This document shows, one piece after another, positions 7,231 to 16,700 of a DNA stretch of 20,000 nucleotides. The stretch's first letter is position 1. Every line of letters begins with the position of its first letter. A program made the position numbers and the translations under genes. Under the pieces are notes generated by a model that saw only the letters and a program-made list of their open reading frames with translations, was not told where the DNA came from and did not search any database. The stretch comes from an uncultured virus (IMG/VR IMGVR_UViG_3300017747_004150) (Duplodnaviria; Heunggongvirae; Uroviricota; Caudoviricetes): the IMG/VR virus record IMGVR_UViG_3300017747_004150. The stretch is one strand, 5' to 3'.

Positions 7231-9585
7231 TTATTTTTTGTTTTTGGCTGTTTCTTGTTTTGGTTGTAGCAAAGAAACTACTTTTTTGGCAATTGTATCC
7301 ATCTGGTCGTCTTCAAGGCGCATTATGGTAATTTGGTTCTCCAAATCCATCTCCTTACCCATAGCAACTGCTTCGTTCTTTTTGGTTTGCACCGCCAGTG
7401 CTGCCTGGCCTTTAATGGTTTCTTTGCTTTGATCAACCGCTATTTTGCTTTGAGTTGTTGCCTCAATAGAAGCTTGAGCCTGTTCCATGTTTTTCTCCAT
7501 GTTGTAGTCAGCCTCCTTTTGCGCTTGTGCCGTTGCTCTGCTTTCAGCAATCTTAAACATAAGCGTTGCATCCTTAACGTCTTCAGCGTTTTCTACATCA
7601 AGTGCCGTACTCATTTTCAACCAGCCACCATCAAGGGCCCGATCGATAAACTGATACAATCGCTCCCATCTTTCTTTGGTTGCCATTGCCCGGACGTGAA
7701 TGCCATAAATGTGTTCCCAGGTTTCAGCAGGATTGATCTCATAGTTCTTACCCTTATAAGATCCCTTCTTGCCATTGTATTTTCCGTGGATAACAATCAC
7801 CCGAACAAGTCTTTCGTAGATATTCTGAATGCCGTCGTAGAACGGTTTCATTGATACTCTGGCCTGATCGATAACCAAATCAGAAACGCCTTTGCCAGTC
7901 CGGGTGCCCGGCAAAACTCCATTCATCTGTGGAGGAACAGCCATAAACTCCCGGAGCATGTTGATCAGCAAAGCAATCTGATCAAAGGTTTCTCTAATCT
8001 TCCGAAGTTCCTCTGTATTCTCAACGGTGATGGGTGCGTCCTTGTTTGTGTTGTGCATCCCAGCATAGTTCTTACTGTCGTAAACAGCCATGCCGTCCAC
8101 AATGAAGTTTTTGGCAACATCAAACCCGGTAACCACGTTACTACCTGCACCGATAACCATTCCAGCAAATCCCTGCTTATCCACTTTGACGATCGGCATT
8201 AAAATTCGCTTTGTCATTCGGTGAGCCTTAACCCACAGCTGCTGTATCTCATTGATAAAATCAATCGCCTTGTCAACTGGTGCTACGTTTTTTCCATCAA
8301 ATGCCGCCGGACGCATTCCTATTACACCGCTCTCGGCGTTTTCGTGATCGGCATTTGGATCTGCCTCATCAATCGGGCCGCCCATGGATAACCGGGAACC
8401 ATCCGAATCCCATTGATACATTTCTTTGGTACCAATAATCCACTTGGTTGTTTCCCACCTGGTGATGGCAATTTCTTTGATTACAGAACTGCCGGTTTTG
8501 TTTTTACCGATGAATGTTCTAATGCGACCATCTTTACAAACCCTTCTCTCAAAAGTGATCATGTCGGTCTTTTTCTCCACCAAGTGAAGAACGGCGACAA
8601 CTCTTTCAGCCTCCAGTAACGGATACATACCCGCCCGGAAAACGCCATTGCTGGTTCCTTTTGCCAGTACCAGGTTGTTGTATTTATTGAAAAAATCGAT
8701 GTAGCTGGTAGCAACTCCCTCTACGGAGTTCCAGTCCTCAATCTGATCCTGCGCTTCAATTTTTAACTGAGGCAAAGGCACCATCAATATTTCAGCCTCC
8801 ATGGTTGAATCAGAACCGTCCTGCTGACGATTATACGAACTGATTCGAAAGTATGGGTTGCTTACTCGCACCTGATTGGTTTTTGCCATCGAGTCAAACC
8901 ACATGTTGCCATATCCAAAAAGAAGCATGTTAAGCCTCAACATTGGCAGCATGCTTTCTTTAAAATTTATTCGAAGCAAATAGTCTTTGACATACCGTTG
9001 CATATTGGCTTCTTCTGCCATTGGCCGGTCAATCAAATACTTTTCCAGTTCAAAATCATCGATTGGAAGTTCATCTTCAGTGATGCCATTCTGATCCAAC
9101 AGTGTTTGGTAAAGTATCCCAAACTTTTTTGTGATCATGGCAATCTCCAGGTTTTCCCGAAGCTGGTTCCGCATGTTGTTGGCTTTGTCGTCAAGCCGGT
9201 AAATATCAACATCAAAATCCTGCTCGGCCATGTTACCAAGCATGGTTACAATGACGTGGTTGAGAACCTTAATGTTATCGACCTCAAGAGAGTCTGTATC
9301 AAATGGGTCTTTTGCCTTGTTTGTAACAGTGCGCTCCCATTTGGTAAGGTATTGCTGTGGATCCTGCTGGGCCAAAAAGTAAATAACGGCCCGGTTCATT
9401 TTGAGATAATCCCACTGGCCATTCTGGTAAAACAACCGGTACCTCTGATAGACCAGTTGAGCATCTGCAAGAAGCTTTGCTTTCCGCTTATCGACTGCCG
9501 TCTTGCGGATTTCCATTGCAGCCTTGTCAACGCTTTTGCTGTCTGGGCTCAAGACTTCCAGTTCGAGGTTTGGGTTGTTTTCCAT
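7231..9585 (-). CDS. Portal protein (P22/crAss-like), 784 aa
   Basis: Size and position upstream of scaffold and capsid. Portal-like segments: NIKVLNHVIVTMLGNM, DKAIDFINEIQQLWVK, LINMLREFMAVPPQMNG...TGKGVSDLVIDQA, and a long Gln/Ala/Glu-rich C-terminal helix suited to a barrel. Confidence 0.8.
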   Translation of the reverse strand: MENNPNLELEVLSPDSKSVDKAAMEIRKTAVDKRKAKLLADAQLVYQRYRLFYQNGQWDYLKMNRAVIYFLAQQDPQQYLTKWERTVTNKAKDPFDTDSLEVDNIKVLNHVIVTMLGNMAEQDFDVDIYRLDDKANNMRNQLRENLEIAMITKKFGILYQTLLDQNGITEDELPIDDFELEKYLIDRPMAEEANMQRYVKDYLLRINFKESMLPMLRLNMLLFGYGNMWFDSMAKTNQVRVSNPYFRISSYNRQQDGSDSTMEAEILMVPLPQLKIEAQDQIEDWNSVEGVATSYIDFFNKYNNLVLAKGTSNGVFRAGMYPLLEAERVVAVLHLVEKKTDMITFERRVCKDGRIRTFIGKNKTGSSVIKEIAITRWETTKWIIGTKEMYQWDSDGSRLSMGGPIDEADPNADHENAESGVIGMRPAAFDGKNVAPVDKAIDFINEIQQLWVKAHRMTKRILMPIVKVDKQGFAGMVIGAGSNVVTGFDVAKNFIVDGMAVYDSKNYAGMHNTNKDAPITVENTEELRKIRETFDQIALLINMLREFMAVPPQMNGVLPGTRTGKGVSDLVIDQARVSMKPFYDGIQNIYERLVRVIVIHGKYNGKKGSYKGKNYEINPAETWEHIYGIHVRAMATKERWERLYQFIDRALDGGWLKMSTALDVENAEDVKDATLMFKIAESRATAQAQKEADYNMEKNMEQAQASIEATTQSKIAVDQSKETIKGQAALAVQTKKNEAVAMGKEMDLENQITIMRLEDDQMDTIAKKVVSLLQPKQETAKNKK

Positions 9586-9586
9586 A

Positions 9587-10411
9587 TTATATTCCAGCGG
9601 TTAATGCTCCTGTTGCTCCAGCCTCCAAAACTCCAGTTCCTTGTCGAATCATATCGCCACGGACTGTTGATTTCTGTTTTTCAATCTCGTTCTTTACGTT
9701 TTGACGAATATCTCCGATTTTCATGTTCAGTGAATCCCGGTATCGCTTTCTTTCTGATTGCGTTCTCTGACCTTCGGCGCCCATCTGATTAAACGCATTG
9801 TTTTTATTGCGCTGAACATTCATTGCTGTCTTAATAACCTGATCGGGAGACGTTGCTGCCACAGAAGCATCTTGAAAAGCCGTGTTACCGGCTGCATTGA
9901 TGTCGCTTATTCTTTGACCACGATCGGATACACTGGCTGATGCGGCCGCCTGTCCTGCTGTACCCGCTGCGTCTCTTAATTCTTGCGAGACGTATTCATC
10001 CGGATTTGCACGATTAAGACTATTTAGTGTTCTGACGTTGTTAATTAAGGCAGCCGTATTACCAATAACAGCCGGAGCAGCAGATACAATTCCAGCAACT
10101 TTATATGAATTTCTTGCCGCCTTTAAATTGCTAAGTTCATTTTTTAAATCAAGTTCTTTTGCCGGATCAGCATTTGGATCTGCTTTCAAAGCGCTAAGTG
10201 CGCTGGTTAATTGATTCCTTTTGTTTCGATAGCGAAACCCGGAAGATGCCGGAGGAACTCCTCCGCCAAAGTATGAACCAAACTGGCCGCTACCAAACAT
10301 GTTTCCGTAACCACCCATGCCGCCACCCATAGGCATCGGCACAAACTTTCCGTCTACCATAAAGCCCATTTGCCCTGCTGGCGGATCTTCGGTATTATCT
10401 ATTAATGCCAT
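9587..10411 (-). CDS. Putative internal virion / DNA ejection protein (274 aa)
   Basis: Gly/Met/Phe-rich N-terminus, hydrophobic VAGIVSAAPAVIGNTAALI segment, Ala/Gln/Asn coiled-coil body and a glycine-zipper-like end (GTGVLEAGATGALTAGI). This composition is typical of small podovirus ejection proteins. The stop is 1 nt from the portal ATG. Confidence 0.55.
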   Translation of the reverse strand: MALIDNTEDPPAGQMGFMVDGKFVPMPMGGGMGGYGNMFGSGQFGSYFGGGVPPASSGFRYRNKRNQLTSALSALKADPNADPAKELDLKNELSNLKAARNSYKVAGIVSAAPAVIGNTAALINNVRTLNSLNRANPDEYVSQELRDAAGTAGQAAASASVSDRGQRISDINAAGNTAFQDASVAATSPDQVIKTAMNVQRNKNNAFNQMGAEGQRTQSERKRYRDSLNMKIGDIRQNVKNEIEKQKSTVRGDMIRQGTGVLEAGATGALTAGI

Positions 10412-10448
10412 AGTGATACTTTTTGCAAATGTGAATATTTTTTTGCTT

Positions 10449-13400
10449 TTATTTTGCTAGTCCCGGATTGAATCCTACTTCCAAAGATACTAAGTCTTTT
10501 GGATTTGAGTCGACATCAAAGATCTCAACGATTGCCCAGGCCCCATTAATTATATCTCCGCTTTCAGATCCGCCGGCAGAATTAACATCGCGTGTGATTG
10601 CCGATTCTGAATACTCCATACGATTCACAAAATCTGTCGGTTGCATTACCGCTTGTCGGCCATTTGGGTTGGTGACTTTAACGCCCCAGACTTTCCCTTG
10701 AGTTGAATAATACCGGACTGCTGAATAGTTTTTCAATGTCTTCACTGCTGGATTACAAACTACGGTCAGACTGCTGTTGAAGTCTTCACCGTTAATTGTT
10801 GTAGAATTCGGATCAAACTCATAGAGTTCTCCATCAAAAAAGGCGTATGTTTTCTTTGCTCCGGCAGGTGATGACAAGAACGCAAACATTTCTGTTTGGT
10901 TATTGATTCCATACGTTCTTCTGCCCTGATAGATGCCGTTGTCATCAATCTTGTATGCAAGACCATAACCTTTTCCGGAAACCAATATCTCCATGCGAAG
11001 AGGATCAAAACCAATCACTGCATCATCCGGGACGTTATCCATGTGAGAAATGAAATCTTTTTGCTCAGAAACCGCGTCCTGGCCGTTGCGTGAAACCTGC
11101 ACCAAAACCCTATTTACTGGATCGATGTAATAGGAAACGCCTTTTGTGGTAATGATGACCTGGCCAATAGTCTGTGGTCCATACGGAAGGTTTTGTGTAT
11201 TGGTTGTTCCAAACACTTTAGTCGATACAGCCAGAATACCAATACCATCAGTACCGGTTTGCTGAACCTTTCCAATCATTACGCCCTCGACACCCTGTTC
11301 GCAATGGATGTAAAGATTTTCTCCCAGGTTTGCAGATATAGACTGATTGATGATATCCACAATGTTGCCGATGGTACCGTCGACCAGCTTCCGGTTGTCA
11401 ACATTAAAAGCAAACAAGTTGTTGATTTTTGTTCCTTCCAGATATTGCTCACCGTGCTGATAAGTCCTGGACTGAAGAAGTAGTTGTGGCTGATCGTTAA
11501 TTGCAGTTGCTGATCCGATATCTGAATTCCAGTTTTCATTGAAAATTCCATTCAAATTCATAGACGCCCAAAAGCCCTGCCAGCTTACTTGTCCAATTTG
11601 AGTGTATAAGCCATTAAAGCGATTGCCATAAACTTGTCTATTTTCTCCAGACATTGTTTTATCATCCCCGCAGCCATAGCAATCTCCATAATATCTTTTT
11701 ACTACTCTTGCATTCCATTCCACAGGAGTCCATGTAATTTGAGGGATAATATTCCAGTCGGATGATTTAACCTTGTTTTTTGAGTACAGTGCTACGTCGC
11801 AAATTTGATGGAGATACTGGCCTAAGTTTGGAACTTGATTGTCAACATCCACGCCAGACCAAAACCCAGCATTATAATATTGATTGCCAGTAGATGTAAA
11901 GCTTTGTTTCGATATTAAGATGTTGCCGAGTTGATCTGTTATTTTAAATTCAACATCAAAAGCAAGGCTTGCTTGATAATTAAACCCCGTTGTCGCTCTT
12001 GCAAAAAGACGGCCAACTTGCTTGACGTAATAGTTTTGCTCAGTTGAAAAGTTTATTGGCTCTCCAGACGCAAATTCAAAACCAATACCATAAAAAGACA
12101 TTTTAATACTACTTCTCTCAACCTGTTCCCCTCCTCTATTGTCCAGAAAAACATAAAAATTACCAGACGCATCCCGATAGATAAAAAAAGGACGAATCTG
12201 TGTACGGATAAAAAAAGAATAATCTCTGTGTGATTTGGTTGCCAATCCAACACTTGCCACCTGCGTCGACAAGTCTGTTGCTCCCGGAGTAATTTCTATT
12301 GTTGGTGGAAAGTTTATGTCTCTTCTGGAATTCGCCTGTACGTTTGGATCAAGAAAGTTAAAATAATCAACAACCTGATTCCATAGCAAGTCTTTAATTG
12401 CAAACGATCCAAGCCCCCCTGCAACATATACATCAAACAAGTCAACTGACCATCCGCTAAAAAACAGGTTTCGAAATGACATTGAGTTGATAGTTCTTGT
12501 CCCGATAGTTCGACCTCTGTCATCATAATAAACAAACATAAAGTCGTGTTGTTGAGCAAAAATTGGTGCAAAAATTCTCCAATTTCTTACGGTCATATTG
12601 GTTTCGGTCAGGATCATAAACGATGCTTCACCGCCAGGCAGATCTACGTCATACCCTAAAGTTAACCCGCCTTGCAAAATGCGGTTGTTGAAGAACCCTC
12701 CAGTCCTTGCAAAACGAGCACTGCCATCAACACCTAATGCAGCGGCAGCACTTACAGAGCCGATTGGAGTCAATTCGGAAAGATCCGTCAAAAGTATTCC
12801 CGCAATCTGACTGCCATAGTTCACTGGTGCAATCCATTCGCTTGGAGTGTTCAGCACTCGTTTGAAAAGATTCCATGGTTGCGTATTGCCTTCCCGGTAA
12901 TACCATTTTGTTGCCACAATGTATGGATTGGCTGCCGTGCCAATTCTCATGTAGTCATCAAACTCTGATTGTGGCACCAACACATACACCCCATTATTCC
13001 AAAACATTACCGATGGTTCTGAATACCGGCTTTCAACTCCATCCATGTATTCATAGTTAAAACACACCTGTACTCCAGTTTCGGTTACATTGTCAATTGG
13101 CTTGGGAACGGTGCCAGCCACATAACCAACAACGGTAGTGTTTGATGTACTGGTTGCGTCTGTTGGATTTGGTAAGATTACCGGCGAAAACGCTGGCGGA
13201 CGGTGAAGCTGATCAAATACCCAATACTCATACGGCCTGGGATATACGTCGACTGTTCCTCCCGCCTCAGTTCGAATGCCCCTTTCCAGGTTCAATACCA
13301 TAGGACAGGTACGCGGACAAAACCAGATGACCAGTCCTTTGTTGTAGTCCATCCGGATTTTGTCATCAATCTGCAGATCCAACCCAGACCACTCCATCAC

Positions 13401-13712
13401 CAGTTCGTAGGTTTTTGTGGTTGCTGTGTAACACCACATCTGATGCCGGCCTTGGCTATTGTAATTCAAAAAGATGATCCGGTATCCAATGTGATCCATA
13501 ACGCGTCCGACCGTCCGGTTGGTGCCAGGCGGTCGAAGATTGTTTGGTATCCGGACGTTGCCGTATGTTTTACGCCTTGCAATATCTCCAGTGGCTGAGT
13601 TTCGGCCAATGTGAACATTGAGGGCATCTCTACCCATAGATGGTTGCATCTCTTCTCTGCTGAGATCAGGGACGATTGCCCCGGTACGAAACTCTACTGA
13701 TGGACTTCTCAT
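10449..13712 (-). CDS. Tail stabilisation / nozzle (muzzle)-like protein, P22 gp10-like (1087 aa)
   Basis: N-terminal FRTGAIVPD...RDALNVHI...GN followed by beta-propeller-like strands and FNYEYMDGVESRYSEPS. C-terminal YGPQT...YYIDPVNRVLVQVSRNG..AVSE, GFDP and SSLTVVCN....LKNYSAV. These match the pattern I recall for crAss-like stabilisation proteins. Confidence 0.75.
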   Translation of the reverse strand: MRSPSVEFRTGAIVPDLSREEMQPSMGRDALNVHIGRNSATGDIARRKTYGNVRIPNNLRPPGTNRTVGRVMDHIGYRIIFLNYNSQGRHQMWCYTATTKTYELVMEWSGLDLQIDDKIRMDYNKGLVIWFCPRTCPMVLNLERGIRTEAGGTVDVYPRPYEYWVFDQLHRPPAFSPVILPNPTDATSTSNTTVVGYVAGTVPKPIDNVTETGVQVCFNYEYMDGVESRYSEPSVMFWNNGVYVLVPQSEFDDYMRIGTAANPYIVATKWYYREGNTQPWNLFKRVLNTPSEWIAPVNYGSQIAGILLTDLSELTPIGSVSAAAALGVDGSARFARTGGFFNNRILQGGLTLGYDVDLPGGEASFMILTETNMTVRNWRIFAPIFAQQHDFMFVYYDDRGRTIGTRTINSMSFRNLFFSGWSVDLFDVYVAGGLGSFAIKDLLWNQVVDYFNFLDPNVQANSRRDINFPPTIEITPGATDLSTQVASVGLATKSHRDYSFFIRTQIRPFFIYRDASGNFYVFLDNRGGEQVERSSIKMSFYGIGFEFASGEPINFSTEQNYYVKQVGRLFARATTGFNYQASLAFDVEFKITDQLGNILISKQSFTSTGNQYYNAGFWSGVDVDNQVPNLGQYLHQICDVALYSKNKVKSSDWNIIPQITWTPVEWNARVVKRYYGDCYGCGDDKTMSGENRQVYGNRFNGLYTQIGQVSWQGFWASMNLNGIFNENWNSDIGSATAINDQPQLLLQSRTYQHGEQYLEGTKINNLFAFNVDNRKLVDGTIGNIVDIINQSISANLGENLYIHCEQGVEGVMIGKVQQTGTDGIGILAVSTKVFGTTNTQNLPYGPQTIGQVIITTKGVSYYIDPVNRVLVQVSRNGQDAVSEQKDFISHMDNVPDDAVIGFDPLRMEILVSGKGYGLAYKIDDNGIYQGRRTYGINNQTEMFAFLSSPAGAKKTYAFFDGELYEFDPNSTTINGEDFNSSLTVVCNPAVKTLKNYSAVRYYSTQGKVWGVKVTNPNGRQAVMQPTDFVNRMEYSESAITRDVNSAGGSESGDIINGAWAIVEIFDVDSNPKDLVSLEVGFNPGLAK

Positions 13713-13732
13713 AGGAACAAATAACGCTATTC

Positions 13733-16700
13733 TTATTTACTTCGAATAATTCCTCGTTTAGCCCGAATTGCCAACGGCTCATTGATTCCTCCTGGGCCAA
13801 GTAGTGCTTCAATACTTTTGGCTGCTTTTGGAAACTTCTTTTTCAAAAATTCTACTTTGGCCATCTGCTCTTCAGCCTGTTCAATGTATTCCTTTTTGAT
13901 TTCTTCCAATTTTGCAGGAGAAAGCTTCCCTTGTTTTTCCCAATACTTTGAAGACACATACGAGTATCCGTCTTTACTAGCTGGATTTCGGATTTTTAGG
14001 TACACTTCTTTTGCGTTACCAAAAGCCAGGTTCAAATATGGAACTGGATCCACCAAGTCAAGGCGTTCTTTTACTTTGTCGTTTATAATTGATTTGTAAA
14101 CGTAGGCAATAGTTGCATTGTTGTCTTTGCCCTGTACCTGATTAAAGAAGTTTTCCGCTGCATCCGTATTACCCTTCTTGAGATTGGCCCACAATTTCTT
14201 TAAGGCCGCCTCCCTTTCCTCTGGCTTGTCTTCCAGACTTTGAGATTCCCTGATCTGCTTTTGCAATAGATTTTCAGCTTCTTCCTGTGCCCGTGGACCA
14301 ACCTTGCGGCCAATTTCCTGGGACCATTTTGAAAGATCTCCGCCACCAACATAAAGAGCAATCAATGGGATAACAAACCCAAGAGCCTTGTCCCGTCGCG
14401 GGTTGTCAGATTCTTTGTCGGTAGCAACATTTTCATACATCTGCTCACCAAACCGGATTGGCATGCCAAGTCCTCCCACAACACCTTCTGCGTATGGGAA
14501 CATATTAAACCGAGCATCGGCCAAAGTTCCTTTGTTTGCTTTAGAGTACGGTGCTTCGCTGGTTTTAGAAATAATTTCTTTAACGCCTATGTTAACGCCT
14601 GTTTGTATCGCTTGCTCTACCAGTGCATTGTAGCTGCCAAAGGCAGTTTGAAATGCCAGGTTTGAAGTATTGCGGGCGACCTCCGCAATAAACTTATCCT
14701 TTTTCTTTTCTTCGTCATCTTCAGGCGGCTCTGACCCGGTAATTGCTTCGGCAATAAGATCTGTCATCTCGCCTCGTCCAAGCCGTATTAATGAAGCGGT
14801 GGCCATAAACATTACCTGTGCCAAAACCCACCCAGCTATTCTTCTTTTGGCCTCTTCTTTCTCTTCATCAGACGACCTTACATTAACTGCAGCCCCATAG
14901 TTAATTTTTAGATTACGATGGGCAGCCAGTGTAAATGCCTTCAATGTGTAAAGCATTTGCTTGGGAGTCATCCCGATTTCTTTTACCGCCTTTGGATCTG
15001 TTCTCAAAATTCTGGCTTTTGTTGTTGGATCAGACGGAGCGTTTACTTCGTCGATCAAAAGTTCAGCGTACGAAACAGCCTCTGCATTCAAATCGTCGAC
15101 CTCATTAACAATGTCAAAATTCCGGATGCTTCTTCCCTGATTTTTCACATTATCCAAATAGCCAGCTATCAAAGCCAGGTTGGTCACAAAGTCATCACCA
15201 ACAGCAATTGTATGATCACCAAGCCATGTTGAAATGTCATCGCCAAACTTCTCAATGTTGGTCCATGTGCGCTTATACCTGTTTGGACTGAAAAGACCTT
15301 GTCGCTTTTGATACCGCTGCCGGTTATCTACCTCTCCCCGGTGACCACGAAGGATTACTGAGGACTGTGCCCTCATCTTATCGATTGCTTCTCGAAGTTC
15401 TGGCTTGTAGTACGCCATAGAAACTATGGCCATGGCTTTTTTGAATGACTCCGGAGAAGTGTTTGTCATTACGTTAAACGCACCAGTTGCTTGCTTTGGT
15501 ATTTGATCAACACTATTCAAGGCCAATGGGATCAGCTTGCCATACATGTACCCCATGATGCTATCATCCTGACGATACAGGTTTGCAAAGGCCACCTGGT
15601 CCTGAACCATTTCTTTAATTTTTTCCCGAATGATTTTCAGGTTGTCGTCAGCCAGCGCCTCTACCTGCTTAACAAAGTTTTTGTTGTTCAAGATAGCCGC
15701 GGTGACCATACGCTCTTTGGCGGTATGAATCTGATAGTCTGTCTCAAACAATTTCTTTGTAAGCGTCTGGATAAAGTCGGTGGAATAACTTACCGGAGTT
15801 GTCAGGAATGGCTTTCGATCAATAGTGGTTCCAGCCTCTCTGCGGTTGATTGCATCTCCCTCAAACAAGTTGCTGGCCAAATCAATTTCTGGTTCGTTTT
15901 CTACCTCGTCAAATGATTTCATGGTCATCAACGGAAAATACAGCGGGCCTTCATCACCAAGAGTTCGGTTGAAATATGTTGCCGTGGTTGCCTCAAGTTC
16001 CGCTTTCCGGGCCGCAAACATTGCAAGAGCCCTGTCCATGATTTCCTGCTCTATTGGAGTAAGAGTGATGCTATTAAGGGCCAATGAATTTGCTTCTGAG
16101 AAGTATTTATCCAAGACCTTTAATTTCATCTCGGCATCATCCTTAAAGTATTGACCTTTATTTCTGGCCGAAGAAGAAGCATTTTCAAGATATTTGTTTG
16201 CCCAGGCAAGTTGCTTTTCTGCCATTTCCCGGATGCGTGCTATTCGTTCTTCAAAGGTTCCGCCCTGCTCAGAGGTTTGTTGTGCAATGGCCAGGATTCC
16301 AAGTTTGTGATTGGCTTCCTCATTGACTTTGTTTTTAAGCATAAAGTCCGCCAACTCCCCAGACTCTTGAATTGCTTTTGTTCCGATACCGGTAAATCCT
16401 TTTTGCAATCCATTGGTCAGCAAAACCTTTATCCGGTTTGCCTGATCTCTTGAGAATGTAGCATTCTGATACAGGTTCTGCAGACTTCCCAAAGTAGCGT
16501 TATTAGCATCAATTGCACGCCCTTTTGCCGGGTTGGCCATGTACTTATTCTGCCGGTTAATTGCAGTCTGTCGAACAATGATCGGACCAAATGCCGCATA
16601 GTCGCCAGCGTCCACAAAGTCGCCCATGGCATTTAAAACATACCGAAGCTGTGGAGTGTCCATGTCGGCAAAATCCATGTCCCGAATTAATCCAACGGCC

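Noticed and set aside
6657..7331. 224-aa plus-strand Cys-rich ORF and the 94-aa Ala/Cys repeat ORF at 6910-7194
   Set aside because: Their repeats are the reverse complement of the Ala/Glu/Gln repeats in the scaffold-like gene.
8998..9792. 264-aa plus-strand ORF
   Set aside because: Antisense to the portal and 274-aa genes, with no recognisable motifs; most likely a shadow ORF.
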